Positions 25,761-35,636 of a stretch of DNA of 64,000 nt are shown in pieces (position 1 is the first letter of the stretch; every line of letters begins with the position of its first letter). This stretch comes from an uncultured delta proteobacterium. GTDB taxonomy: Bacteria > Desulfobacterota > Desulfobacteria > Desulfobacterales > B30-G6. The notes beneath the pieces are model-generated. The model had not been told where the DNA came from. It did no database searches and worked only from the letters and a program-made list of their open reading frames with translations. Location: NCBI GenBank assembly GCA_963823335.1, contig CAWGLD010000006.1:128314-192313 (forward strand), written 5' to 3'. Made by a program: the position numbers and the translations under genes.

Positions 25761-26705
25761 ATGAAAGAAAAATCGTCATTTAGTCCCCGGAAATTCGCTG
25801 TTATCGGTGCTGGCCCTGTGGGATGCATCGTTGCTGCTTTCCTCGCAAAGCACGGCTATGATGTCACCCTTTGCGATATCATGCCTGAATTGCTGAAACC
25901 GGCCCTGGACCCCGGTATCACCCTCGAAGGGGCTGAAAACCTCCTGCAACCGGTAAGCCGTACTTGCCTGACGGTTGACGAACTGGCAGACCACAAACCA
26001 GATGTCATTTTTATTACAGTCAAAGCCAATGCGCTCCCCTTGATCGTATCGGCCATTGAAGGCTTTTATCATGAGGGAATGTTTGTCGTCAGCTGGCAGA
26101 ACGGTATCGACACAGAGCTTGTAATTTCCAAGACCCTTGGAGACAAAGCTTCCCTGCGTGCCGTCGTAAATTACGGTTGTGCTTTAACATCACCCTGTCA
26201 CGTCTCCATGCCATTTCACCACCCACCGCACTTTATTCAGGAGCTCAATCCCGAGTCAAAAGATGCCGCCGTTGCCATTGCCAAGTCCCTAAGCCAGAGC
26301 GGTCTTGAGACAGAGCGCACCGACCAGATTATCTCGATGGTATGGCGCAAAGGGGTTTTGAATGCCTGCATGAATCCTGTATGTGCTGTAACCGGACTCA
26401 CCATGGCTCAGGCCATGAATGATCCTATTGTCTTCAACATTGTCGACAACCTTGTCAAGGAGTGCATCAAGGTTGCACGGGCTAATGAAATCAACTTGGG
26501 GTGGGACTTCTACCCCAATGCCATTGCCTACATGCGTAATGCCGGCAATCATAAACCTTCCATGTTGATGGATATCGAAAATAAACGACGAACGGAGATT
26601 GACTATATCAATGGGAAATTCGTCGAGTATGGCCAGCGGGCTGGCATTGAAACGCCCTACAACATCTCATTGCGTTCCCTGGTTAAAGGGTTAGAATCCA
26701 AATAA
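25761..26705 (+). CDS. 2-dehydropantoate 2-reductase family oxidoreductase (possible 2-oxoacid/arylpyruvate reductase)
   Basis: The Rossmann motif VIGAGPVGC and the family block KPSMLMDIENKRRTEIDYINGKFVEYG are present. The start was moved to the ATG at 25761. Confidence 0.75.
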   Translation: MKEKSSFSPRKFAVIGAGPVGCIVAAFLAKHGYDVTLCDIMPELLKPALDPGITLEGAENLLQPVSRTCLTVDELADHKPDVIFITVKANALPLIVSAIEGFYHEGMFVVSWQNGIDTELVISKTLGDKASLRAVVNYGCALTSPCHVSMPFHHPPHFIQELNPESKDAAVAIAKSLSQSGLETERTDQIISMVWRKGVLNACMNPVCAVTGLTMAQAMNDPIVFNIVDNLVKECIKVARANEINLGWDFYPNAIAYMRNAGNHKPSMLMDIENKRRTEIDYINGKFVEYGQRAGIETPYNISLRSLVKGLESK

Positions 26706-27523
26706 TGGCAGCATCGAAACCCATCTTTGTCGGCGTCGATGTGGGGGCATCCCGAACCAAGCTGGCTATTTTAGACTCAGGGCATCGGCTTCTCGGTCAT
26801 GCTGTCCAAAAATCAGGAACTGATTTTTCTGCAACAGCCGACCTCTGCCTTGAAACATCCCTCAAAATGGCCAACGCGGATAGATCCGATATCAAACGCG
26901 TGGTCTCTACGGGCTATGGCCGAAAAAATGTCACCTACTCTGACGAAACCAAAACCGAAATTGGGTGTCATGCAAAGGGCTGCTACCTGTATTTTCCTTT
27001 TGCGACCACCATTATCGATATCGGCGGACAGGACAACAAGGTAATCAAGCTGGACGACAGGGGTCACAGAACCAGTTTTAAAATGAACCGCAAATGCGCC
27101 GCTGGAACAGGCGCTTTTCTGGAGGAAATGTCCCCACGTTTGGACATCCCTCTCGAAGCAATGGATGGGCTGGCCAGGAAATCTGAGAACATGATTAAAC
27201 TGGGTAGCTTCTGTACTGTATTTTCCGGCACTGAAGTGCTTGAAAACATACGCAAGGGTAAAAAAGTCAGCGATATTATCAAGGGCTTGTTTTATTCGGT
27301 CATTAAGCGGGTCATCGAAATGGATGCATTTACAGATTCCGTGGTGATGACGGGTGGTGTGGTTGCTCATAATCCTTATCTCGTAACCATGATGGAAGAA
27401 ATCATTAATAAACAGATTCTCGTGCCCGAGTTTCCCCAATTGACCGGAGCCATCGGGGCGGCACTGTATGCACATGAAGGGTTTGAGGGTTCGAGGGGTG
27501 GAGGTTTGGAGGGGGGTAGCTGA
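26705..27523 (+). CDS. BadF/BadG/BcrA/BcrD-type ATPase, 2-hydroxyacyl-CoA dehydratase activase (HgdC-like)
   Basis: 272 aa. VGVDVGASRTK, IIDIGGQDNK and CAAGTGAFLE are present. The last ~15 codons (EGFEGSRGGGLEGGS) and the stop codon lie inside a W1 repeat. Confidence 0.85.
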   Translation: MAASKPIFVGVDVGASRTKLAILDSGHRLLGHAVQKSGTDFSATADLCLETSLKMANADRSDIKRVVSTGYGRKNVTYSDETKTEIGCHAKGCYLYFPFATTIIDIGGQDNKVIKLDDRGHRTSFKMNRKCAAGTGAFLEEMSPRLDIPLEAMDGLARKSENMIKLGSFCTVFSGTEVLENIRKGKKVSDIIKGLFYSVIKRVIEMDAFTDSVVMTGGVVAHNPYLVTMMEEIINKQILVPEFPQLTGAIGAALYAHEGFEGSRGGGLEGGS

Positions 27524-27567
27524 ACGCCTACAGCTGTAAGCACCTAACAGCCTACAGTCTAATCCCC
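27476..27567 (+). repeat. W1 G arm + conserved core, overlapping the 3' end of the activase gene
   Basis: GAAGGGTTTGAGGGTTCGAGGGGTGGAGGTTTGGAGGGGGG followed by TAGCTGAACGCCTACAGCTGTAAGCACCTAACAGCCTACAGTCTAATCCCC. The gene's TGA (27521-27523) lies in the core. Confidence 0.8.
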
Positions 27568-27614
27568 TGAAAAACGAATGCTATTGGTAAAGAAATAAAA
27601 AATCAAAACTCATA

Positions 27615-27733
27615 ATTGAAGAACCTCGCAGCAAGCTACGAGGAATCTTCGACCGTAAGGAATTCTTTCTAATTTAGATGCGCTCGCTAACCCCGCAGCA
27701 AGCTACGGGGAATGCGCTCGCTGTTGCGGTTCA
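27615..27733 (-). repeat. T13 twin-hairpin element, full-length copy
   Basis: The reverse complement reads GAACCGCAACAGCGAGCGCATTCCCCGTAGCTTGCTGCGGGGTTAGCGAGCGCATCTAAATTAGAAAGAATTCCTTACGGTCGAAGATTCCTCGTAGCTTGCTGCGAGGTTCTTCAAT. Confidence 0.75.
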
Positions 27734-27757
27734 ACATTAAACTAGTGAGGTAAACCG

Positions 27758-29005
27758 ATGAACGACGAAAAAAAGATCAATATTCGACGATTGAAAACAG
27801 CCCGGGATATGGGGAAATTCATGGCAGACTACTACTATGAATTGGATGATGCATCAAAAAGCGGCAAGCAGAAAATCGCCTGGTGCACCAGTGTGGGGCC
27901 TGCTGAAATCCTCAGGGGCATGGGGTTCCTGACGTACTTTCCGGAAACCCACTCTGCCATGCTCGGCACGACCCGAATGGCTGTGGATCTTATACCCAAA
28001 GCCAATGCAATGGGATATTCTCCGGAAATTTGTTCTTATCTGACTGCCGATATCGGGGCTTTTTTAGAGGGTGTCTCACCTCTATCCAGGGCATTTAAAG
28101 GAATCGAAGGGGTCCCCAAGCCGGACGTGCTGGTATTCAACACCAATCAGTGCCGGGATGTACAGGACTGGTTTGCATGGTATGGTGAAAAATTTAATGT
28201 ACCGGTTGTGGGTGTCCACACCTATCGGGGCGTGAAAGATGTAACACCTTCACACATTACCTCCATTGCCAGGCAGATGGAAAACATTGTCGAGCCGCTG
28301 GAAGAAGTTGCCGGACGAAAACTGGATATGGACGAGTTCAAGCACGCCGTTGGTTTATCCAGGGAGTGCTCAGACCTGTGGGAAAAATGTCTTGCTGCAG
28401 CAGCGGCTAAACCTTCTCCCCTTTCTTTTTTTGATGCCACCACCCTTATGGGCCCGGCTGTCGTTGGTCGCGGAACCCAGAAAGCACTCGATGCATACAA
28501 GCTCCTCCTGGAAGAACTGGAAGAGCGTGTTAGCGATGGAATCGGCACTATAGACAATGAGCGGCACCGCATTTACTGGGACGGCATGCCGGTCTGGGGC
28601 CGTTTGAGCATGCATTCCAAACTGTTTGCAGGCTTGAATGCCAACGTCATTGCATCCACCTACTGCAGTTCCTGGATATTCTCTGCCCTTGAAGCCGAGG
28701 ATCCTTTTAACAGCATGGCCCGGGCCTATACAGAGCTCTTTATCGTCAGGTCCGACGAATATAAAGAACAATATATTAAGGACAAACTCAGCTTGTTCGG
28801 TATCGATGGGGTTGTCTACCATGACGCCAAAACCTGCCCCAACAACTCCAACTGCAGATATGGTATGCCGCAACGACTTGAGGATGAAACTCACATACCA
28901 AGCCTGACCATCAACGGGGACTTAAATGATCTGCGACTTCTATCCGACGAACAGACCAAGACCAATGTGGAAGCGTTTATCGAACAACTGGAAGAAAATA
29001 GTTAA
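27758..29005 (+). CDS. 2-hydroxyacyl-CoA dehydratase family protein (single HgdB/BcrB-like subunit)
   Basis: 415 aa. IAWCTSVGPAEILRGMG is present, with conserved Cys contexts NQCRDVQDW and HDAKTCPNNSN. Confidence 0.8.
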   Translation: MNDEKKINIRRLKTARDMGKFMADYYYELDDASKSGKQKIAWCTSVGPAEILRGMGFLTYFPETHSAMLGTTRMAVDLIPKANAMGYSPEICSYLTADIGAFLEGVSPLSRAFKGIEGVPKPDVLVFNTNQCRDVQDWFAWYGEKFNVPVVGVHTYRGVKDVTPSHITSIARQMENIVEPLEEVAGRKLDMDEFKHAVGLSRECSDLWEKCLAAAAAKPSPLSFFDATTLMGPAVVGRGTQKALDAYKLLLEELEERVSDGIGTIDNERHRIYWDGMPVWGRLSMHSKLFAGLNANVIASTYCSSWIFSALEAEDPFNSMARAYTELFIVRSDEYKEQYIKDKLSLFGIDGVVYHDAKTCPNNSNCRYGMPQRLEDETHIPSLTINGDLNDLRLLSDEQTKTNVEAFIEQLEENS

Positions 29006-29087
29006 CCCAGGGAATCAAAAAGCCGGTTAGAAATTGAAATCCAGAGAAATTGGAAATAATCGTTAATGATAAACTTTAAATCCGAAT

Positions 29088-29239
29088 ATCGAAATACGAG
29101 ACAAATTTTACTATCGAATGTTCAAAGAATCAAAACAACGCAAGGGCTTGGAGTTAAGTTCTTGTTTTAATCATTTGAATTTGGGTATTTTTGTATTGTT
29201 TAGGATTTCGATATTCGTGCTTCGTATTTGATGGAGGAT
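29088..29239. repeat. W11 element (CGAATATCGAAATACGA words)
   Basis: The left arm is AAATCCGAATATCGAAATACGAGACAAA. The right arm is TTTAGGATTTCGATATTCGTGCTTCGTATTT. The same word family occurs at 36949-37032. Confidence 0.6.
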
Positions 29240-29242
29240 ACC

Positions 29243-31321
29243 ATGTTAGACACCCTATTCAGACCCAAATCCGTCGCCATTATCGGCGCATCGACCAAAG
29301 AGCTGTCCATCGGTAACCGCATCATTCGAAACCTTGTGGATTTTGGCTTCAAGGGACCCATTTTCCCTATCAATCCCAAAGCGGATGAGGTCAGGGGCAT
29401 CAAGGCCTACAAGTCCATATTGGATGCGCCGGACAATATCGATGTTGTCCACATGGTCATTCCAGCAAAATTCGTACCCATGGCTGTGGAAGACTGCGGC
29501 AAAAAAGGTGTCAAAAACATCATTATCAACTCGGGTGGTTTTTCCGAAATCGGCCCCGAAGGCGCTGTCTATGAAAAGGCGTTTCTTAAAAAAGCCAGAC
29601 AATACAATATTCGCGTTTTAGGCCCCAATTGCCAGGGAATCATCAATTCAGATCCCGAAGTAAGAGCCTACTGCAATTTTACATTTACCAAGCCCGATAC
29701 TGGTCATATCTCCATCGTGGCCCTCAGCGGTGGGGTAGCTGAAGTTATTCACCAGGGCTTTTCCGCCATGGGCGTAGGCACACGCATCTATGCTTCAAAC
29801 GGTAACGCCTGCGACATCACAATTCCGGAAATCATTCAATACCTCGGTGATGATGACGGGACGCGGGTAATCGTCACATACGTCGAAGGGTTGAGGGATC
29901 CGGCGACCTTCATGAAAGTCGCCCGGGAAGTTGCAGCAAAAAAACCGATCTTGGCTATGAAGGCCGGCAGAACCATGCAGGGGGCCAAAGCTGCAGCTTC
30001 TCATACCGGTGGTTTGGCCAAAGAAGATCTTGCAACAGACCTGATATTTAAAAAAGCCGGCGTACTGACTTTCATGGACGAGGGTGAGTTGATCCAGGCA
30101 GCCGCTGCCTTTGCATCCCAGCCTGTTCCAAAAGGTAATCGTGTGGGTATTATCACCAACACAGGGGGTCCGGCCGTCATCGCTACCGACATACTGGTGG
30201 GTGCCGGTGCGGAAATACCCCCGCTGTCAAAAAAAACAGAAACCCTCCTGAAAGACAGTCTCTTTCCGGAAGCATCTGTCAACAATCCGGTAGATGTGCT
30301 TGCCACGGGGAATGCCGCGCATTACCGAACATGTATGGATGCCATGATAGCAGACGATAGTTTTGATGCCCTCTATATCAATTTCGTAACACCCTTTTTT
30401 GTTGACACGGACAGCATCGCCAAGGAGATTGCCGCGGTCAATCAACAGGGGCGAAAGCCAATGGTCTGCAACCTGATGACGGACAAAAAACAGTGGGCGG
30501 AAACTACAAACATTCTGATGCAGGCGCAAGTTCCGACATATGCCCTGCCGGGCGAGGCTGCACGTGCCATGACTGCGCTGGTACGTTACCAGGGTATTCT
30601 GGCCCGTGACATAGGAGACGCTGCTGTTTTCAACGATGTAGACAAAGACAACGTCAGTGGAATTCTTAGCCGTGCCAAAGAGGCTGGGCTCACGTTTCTG
30701 ACGGCTGCGGACGCATACGATATACTGGGGGCATATGGCATTCCTTCGGCAAAATGGTCCATGGTGAACACGGCCGAACAGGGAGCCGCTGCCGCCGAAG
30801 ACATGGGGTATCCTGTTGTTGTCAAGGCAGACGCAGCTTCCATTGTACACAAAAGCGACATGGGTGCTGTGGCTGTGAATCTCAAGACTGCCGCCGAGGT
30901 TCAAAAAACCATCTCTGGAATGCGTGAACGTCTTAAAACGGACGATCTCAAGTTCTTTGTCCAGAAATATCTTCCAGGAGGACTTGAAATTATTCTGGGC
31001 GCCAAGGCGGAACCCGGTCTGGGTCATTTGATCATGTTCGGGATGGGAGGTATCTACGTCGAAGTACTCAAAGATGTGGTGTTCAACCTGACACCGGTAA
31101 CTTCATTTGAGGCTAGAGAAATGCTCGATGCCATTCAGCTGTCACCTATTTTAAAGGGTGTCCGGGGTCAGAAAGGGATATGTCGAGACGGCGTCACGGA
31201 CATCATTCAACGTTTGTCACAGCTCGTTTTGGATCACCCCATGATCCAGGAGCTGGACTTGAATCCCACATTGGCGTTTGAAGACAGGGTGGTAGTGGTG
31301 GATGCGAGGATCAGCATTTAG
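29243..31321 (+). CDS. ADP-forming acyl-CoA synthetase (fused alpha/beta, ACS-II-like)
   Basis: The CoA-binding N-terminus SVAIIGAS, the succinyl-CoA-synthetase-like flavodoxin domain (HTGGLA phosphohistidine loop) and a C-terminal ATP-grasp are present. The start was chosen at the ATG at 29243 after GGAGGA (29233-29238). Confidence 0.85.
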   Translation: MLDTLFRPKSVAIIGASTKELSIGNRIIRNLVDFGFKGPIFPINPKADEVRGIKAYKSILDAPDNIDVVHMVIPAKFVPMAVEDCGKKGVKNIIINSGGFSEIGPEGAVYEKAFLKKARQYNIRVLGPNCQGIINSDPEVRAYCNFTFTKPDTGHISIVALSGGVAEVIHQGFSAMGVGTRIYASNGNACDITIPEIIQYLGDDDGTRVIVTYVEGLRDPATFMKVAREVAAKKPILAMKAGRTMQGAKAAASHTGGLAKEDLATDLIFKKAGVLTFMDEGELIQAAAAFASQPVPKGNRVGIITNTGGPAVIATDILVGAGAEIPPLSKKTETLLKDSLFPEASVNNPVDVLATGNAAHYRTCMDAMIADDSFDALYINFVTPFFVDTDSIAKEIAAVNQQGRKPMVCNLMTDKKQWAETTNILMQAQVPTYALPGEAARAMTALVRYQGILARDIGDAAVFNDVDKDNVSGILSRAKEAGLTFLTAADAYDILGAYGIPSAKWSMVNTAEQGAAAAEDMGYPVVVKADAASIVHKSDMGAVAVNLKTAAEVQKTISGMRERLKTDDLKFFVQKYLPGGLEIILGAKAEPGLGHLIMFGMGGIYVEVLKDVVFNLTPVTSFEAREMLDAIQLSPILKGVRGQKGICRDGVTDIIQRLSQLVLDHPMIQELDLNPTLAFEDRVVVVDARISI

Positions 31322-31376
31322 CTCATAGCCTTTAGCTGTTAGATAGCTATCAGCTAAGGGCTAACAGCTATGAGCT
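31320..31376. repeat. W6 hairpin (AGCTCATAGC..GCTATGAGCT)
   Basis: AGCTCATAGCCTTTAGCTGTTAG, loop ATAGCTATCAGCTAAGGG, then CTAACAGCTATGAGCT. It starts inside the TAG stop (31319-31321). Confidence 0.8.
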
Positions 31377-31463
31377 GCGTCGTGTTGATAGATTCAGAAT
31401 AGTTTTAACTTCTCTTACTTACATAACAAGCAACGCTTTAATAAGACGCATAAGGAGACGCCC

Positions 31464-33029
31464 ATGACCGCCTGGATGAATTTGGGTCAGCAGTTAAAAA
31501 TAAATGCATCCAAGTACCCCGACACCATCGCACTGGCAGATAAAGACCGTAAATTTACCTATCCCGAGACCAACCAGCGGGTAAACAGAGTGTGCCATAG
31601 CCTACTGTCGTTGGGTTTGCGTAAGGGCGACAAGATAGCGGTGTTCATGGAAAACAGCATCGAGATCGTGGAAATTTTTCTGGCGACAGCCAAAACAGGC
31701 CTTGTGATCGTGCCCATCAATTTCCGTCTCGTGGGAAAAGAGGTCACCTACATCGTCAACAATTCAGATGCAAAAGCGTTCATTATTGATGCTGAGTTCA
31801 CACCCATGCTGGATGGTATCAAAGCGGACCTGGAGAATATCCCATCTGAAAATTACATCGTAGTCGGGAAAGCTGTTGATGGGTATCAAGCCTACGAGCT
31901 TTTCATGGGAAAAAGTCAGAGTCATGAACCTGAATGTCCTGTGGCGCCCGAAGATACCTGGATTTTGATCTACACCTCCGGCACAACCGGCAAACCGAAA
32001 GGGGTGGTTCGTTCCCACGAGTCTCATATTGCCTTTTTCCTTATCAATGCCATCGATTTCGGATTTAACGATCATGATGTCTGCCTGAATGTCATGCCCT
32101 TGTGTCATATCAACTCAACCTTTTTTACATTTACCTTCACCTATATCGGAGCAAGCGTATATATTCATCCGGCCCGTTCATTCAAACCCGAACAAATTCT
32201 CGATATTATTCAGAAGGAAAAAATCACGTTTATATCATTGATCCCAACCCACTATAACCTGATTCTGAACATTTCGGAAAAAGCCAAAAAATACAATGTC
32301 ACGTCTATCCGGAAACTACTCTGTTCTTCTGCACCGGTTCACAAAAAAATGAAACTTGCCATTATGGCGTTTTTCACGGACGTAGAACTTTTTGAAGCTT
32401 ATGGCTCCACAGAAGCCGGCATTGTCACGGTTCTGAAACCTGAAAATCAACTTCGAAAATTGGGTTCCATTGGACAAGAATCCCTTGGCACTGATTTTAT
32501 CAAAATTCTTGATGAAAACGGAAAAGAAGTCGCTCCCGGAGAGGTGGGCGAATTGTACTCCCGGGGTCCCATGTTGTTCGATGAATATTACAAACTGCCC
32601 GACAAAACAAAAGAGGCTTTTCAAGGGGAATGGTTCAGTGCCGGCGACATGGCCCGTAAAGATGCAGACGGTTTTTATCAGATCGTCGACAGAAAGGACA
32701 ACATGATCATCACCGGGGGGGAAAATGTCTACCCCAGTGAAATCGAAGAAGTTGTCGGCAGCAACGATTGCGTATTCGACTGCGCGGTTATCGGCATCCC
32801 CGACGACAAATGGGGCGAGAAAGTTGTCGCAGTGGTCATTCCCAAGGGCAGTGAGGAGATTCAAATCACCGAGAAAATGATCATGGATTGCTGCAAGGAT
32901 CAGATGGCAGGTTACAAACGACCAAAGGAAATCCTGTTTATCAAAGAGGATGAAATGCCCCGTACACCCACGGGGAAGATTCTGCACAGGAAATTGCGGG
33001 AGCATTTTAGAAATAGGGTTCCAGAATAA
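31464..33029 (+). CDS. AMP-forming acyl/aryl-CoA ligase
   Basis: 521 aa. YTSGTTGKPKGVVRSH and GDMARKDADGFYQIVDRKDNMII are present. Confidence 0.85.
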   Translation: MTAWMNLGQQLKINASKYPDTIALADKDRKFTYPETNQRVNRVCHSLLSLGLRKGDKIAVFMENSIEIVEIFLATAKTGLVIVPINFRLVGKEVTYIVNNSDAKAFIIDAEFTPMLDGIKADLENIPSENYIVVGKAVDGYQAYELFMGKSQSHEPECPVAPEDTWILIYTSGTTGKPKGVVRSHESHIAFFLINAIDFGFNDHDVCLNVMPLCHINSTFFTFTFTYIGASVYIHPARSFKPEQILDIIQKEKITFISLIPTHYNLILNISEKAKKYNVTSIRKLLCSSAPVHKKMKLAIMAFFTDVELFEAYGSTEAGIVTVLKPENQLRKLGSIGQESLGTDFIKILDENGKEVAPGEVGELYSRGPMLFDEYYKLPDKTKEAFQGEWFSAGDMARKDADGFYQIVDRKDNMIITGGENVYPSEIEEVVGSNDCVFDCAVIGIPDDKWGEKVVAVVIPKGSEEIQITEKMIMDCCKDQMAGYKRPKEILFIKEDEMPRTPTGKILHRKLREHFRNRVPE

Positions 33030-33038
33030 TTTCATAAA

Positions 33039-33268
33039 GATGAACGTCCAACATCGAACGCTGAACATCGAACATCGAATGAAAACAAATATTAAAGAGC
33101 ACACTGTAACAAGACTTGTCGACGAGGAGTTTGGCTGAGGCTCACTCGAAGACCTATAGTCAAGTCGCTACGGGAAATGTGCTCAGTATTGCCGTTCAAT
33201 ACTGACGTCTGTTTCTTCATATTTCAAATTCAACATTCGATGTTGGACGTTCGATGTTCGAAGTTCAT
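33039..33268. repeat. W2 hairpin element with degenerate T13 in loop
   Basis: The left arm is GATGAACGTCCAACATCGAACGCTGAACATCGAACATCGAATG. The right arm is TTCAACATTCGATGTTGGACGTTCGATGTTCGAAGTTCAT. The loop contains GCTACGGGAAATGTGCTCAGTATTGCCGTTCAA. Confidence 0.75.
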
Positions 33269-33408
33269 TTGTTTTTGGACACCAGGTTATTGTGTCGACA
33301 CCATAGGGTGGGATGCGAACCTTATTCGCAAATTCGTACTTTCGTAATAAAAGATTTTTATTGTGACGTAACAAGTTAAAACTAGTATTTACCGAAAGGA
33401 GACCGACA

Positions 33409-34599
33409 ATGTTAACCAAAGCCTTTATCCCCTACGGCGGTTATTACAGCTCACCGTTTTGCCGCTGGCAGGGAAGTCTGCAGAACGAAAATTCCATTGT
33501 ACTGGGTGCTGAAACCTCTAAACGGTGGCTTGCCGAAAAGGGCTACGATGCCGGTATGTTCGATTATCTTTACCTCGGTGTCACCATCAGTCAGATTCAT
33601 CAGTTCTACGCCGCTCCCTGGGCCGCAGCCTTGATGGGGGCCGGTCATGTACCCGGTATTGCCTTGAGTCAGGCCTGCACCACCGGTACCACCTGCGTTT
33701 TTCAGGCAGCCGTCGGCGTGGAAACAGGACTCTATAAAAATGCATACGTTCTGACGACGGACCGTACGTCCAACGGGCCACATACGATTTGGCCGAACCC
33801 CAAAGGACCCGGTGGTGAAGTTATTTCGGAGAACTGGCTCATGGACAACTTCAACGGTGACCCAAATGTTGGCCTGAGGATGATTGAAACGGCAGAAAAT
33901 GTTGCCAAAGAGGAAGGCATAACAAAGGAAGCCTGTGATGCCGCCTCATTGAAACGCTACGAGCAATATCTCATGGCGCTGGAAAACGACCGCGAGTTTC
34001 AGAAAAAATACATGTTTCCGGCGGAAATTCAACTATCCAGAAAAAAAAGTATTCTCGTGGAAGAAGATGAAGGCATTACACCCGCCACGGCCGAAGGATT
34101 GGCTTCCCTCAGGCCGTTGATACCCAACGGTGTTCTCAGTTTCGGTGCCCAGACCCATCCAGCCGACGGCAATTCGAGTATGATCGTCACCACCCAGGAG
34201 AAAGCCAAAGAACTGAGTGCCGATCCTTCCCTGCCGATTCAAGTGATCGCCTACGGTTTCTCCAGGGAGAGAAAGGGCTACATGGCAGCCGCCCCGGTTC
34301 CGGCGACCAAAATGGCGCTGGCTAATGCAGGTCTCGCTATCAACGACATGAAAGTCATCAAATCACACAACCCGTTTATCGTGAATGACATCAACTTTGC
34401 CAAACAATTCAATATCGATGTCGACAAAATGAATAACTATGGGTGTTCCATGATCTATGGACATCCCCAGGGATCTACGGCAACACGTCTGATTATAGAG
34501 GGTATCGAAGAAACCGTCATTAACGGCGGTGGCTATTTTCTCTGGACCGGCTGTGCCGCAGGAGACTGCGGGGCCGCTTTAATCCTCAAAATCGGATAA
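33409..34599 (+). CDS. thiolase-like protein (divergent acetyl-CoA acyltransferase family)
   Basis: 396 aa. The Cys region SQACTTG and the C-terminal GCAAGDCGAALILK are present. It is divergent from classical thiolases. Confidence 0.65.
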   Translation: MLTKAFIPYGGYYSSPFCRWQGSLQNENSIVLGAETSKRWLAEKGYDAGMFDYLYLGVTISQIHQFYAAPWAAALMGAGHVPGIALSQACTTGTTCVFQAAVGVETGLYKNAYVLTTDRTSNGPHTIWPNPKGPGGEVISENWLMDNFNGDPNVGLRMIETAENVAKEEGITKEACDAASLKRYEQYLMALENDREFQKKYMFPAEIQLSRKKSILVEEDEGITPATAEGLASLRPLIPNGVLSFGAQTHPADGNSSMIVTTQEKAKELSADPSLPIQVIAYGFSRERKGYMAAAPVPATKMALANAGLAINDMKVIKSHNPFIVNDINFAKQFNIDVDKMNNYGCSMIYGHPQGSTATRLIIEGIEETVINGGGYFLWTGCAAGDCGAALILKIG

Positions 34600-34636
34600 A
34601 TTCATTTCACGAATTTATATGACGCGACTTCGTCGC
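34596..34636. repeat. W8 bipartite hairpin
   Basis: ATAAATTC-ATTTCAC-GAATTTAT overlaps the TAA stop at 34597-34599. It is followed by ATGAC and then GCGAC-TTC-GTCGC. Confidence 0.7.
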
Positions 34637-34642
34637 TTATCT

Positions 34643-34687
34643 AACGCCCTGATAAAAAAAGACTTTTTATCAGGGCGTTTTTTTTCG
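34643..34687. terminator. bidirectional rho-independent terminator
   Basis: There is a perfect 16-bp stem, AACGCCCTGATAAAAA / TTTTTATCAGGGCGTT, followed by a T run. It lies between convergent genes (thiolase-like on + and histidine phosphatase on -). Confidence 0.8.
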
Positions 34688-34791
34688 TTTCGAACTATAT
34701 AGCATTTGGTACGAGTAGATCCGCTGATATATAATTCTTATATCGTAGCACAGGTCTTTAGACCTGTAAGAAAAGTGTACAGCCCATAATG

Positions 34792-35409
34792 CTAAAAGGC
34801 TGATCTTGGGGGCGTTTGGTTTAAGGACAACACATGGAGACTACCCTTCTGGTATTCAATCAGATTGAGCGCCGCGTAGTCCTGTGGAATGCTGAACAGT
34901 TCCTGGATCGGTTTTTTTAAAAGGTGGCATAAAATTATGCGATTTACACCGGCATGTGCCACCACCAGAACGTTTCCGAGCGTTTTTAAAGCTATGTTTA
35001 AAAATATCGGAATGACCCGTGCATGAAGATCCTGAAAGCTCTCGCCATTGGGTGGCCGAAAACGCTCCATACACCTGCCCCGTTCTTCCCAGGCATCCGG
35101 GAACCGCGTCTTGATATTTTCCATGCCTTTGCCGTCCCAGTCACCAAGATTGATTTCGCGCAATTGTGACATCGTTTCAACATCTGAAACAGGAAGATCG
35201 GACACGATCAGGGCGGTATCAAGCGCACGGCTCAAATCACTGGAATATACTTTTTCAAAGTCGATCTGGGCCAGTTCCGCTCTCCACAACGTTGCCTGGC
35301 GCCTGCCTTTTGAACTTAAAGAAACATTCGTCTGGCCGATATAGCGGTTTTTTTCACTACCGGCAATCTCGCCATGACGGAGCAGGTATATTTGTTTTTT
35401 ATTTTTCAT
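34792..35409 (-). CDS. histidine phosphatase family protein (phosphoglycerate mutase / CobC-like)
   Basis: 205 aa. The RHGE motif (LLRHGEIAG) and the downstream H in VVAHAGV are present. Confidence 0.8.
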   Translation of the reverse strand: MKNKKQIYLLRHGEIAGSEKNRYIGQTNVSLSSKGRRQATLWRAELAQIDFEKVYSSDLSRALDTALIVSDLPVSDVETMSQLREINLGDWDGKGMENIKTRFPDAWEERGRCMERFRPPNGESFQDLHARVIPIFLNIALKTLGNVLVVAHAGVNRIILCHLLKKPIQELFSIPQDYAALNLIEYQKGSLHVLSLNQTPPRSAF

Positions 35410-35636
35410 GTATCCAGTTATGATGATGTTTATTCTGTTTCAGAAATGGAACATAATCAATAGAAATCATCAGCGTATTGTGTTAACTGTGTATTTCATC
35501 ATCAATCCGGTGGGCACAAGACAGGGCTTTGTTTGATATGTCCTTTTGAAAAAAACAGGGTATCCCCTTTTCGGAGTAACCGGAACGTTATTTTGACAAA
35601 TGCTATAGACGTATAAATTATTTTAAACGTGCCACA

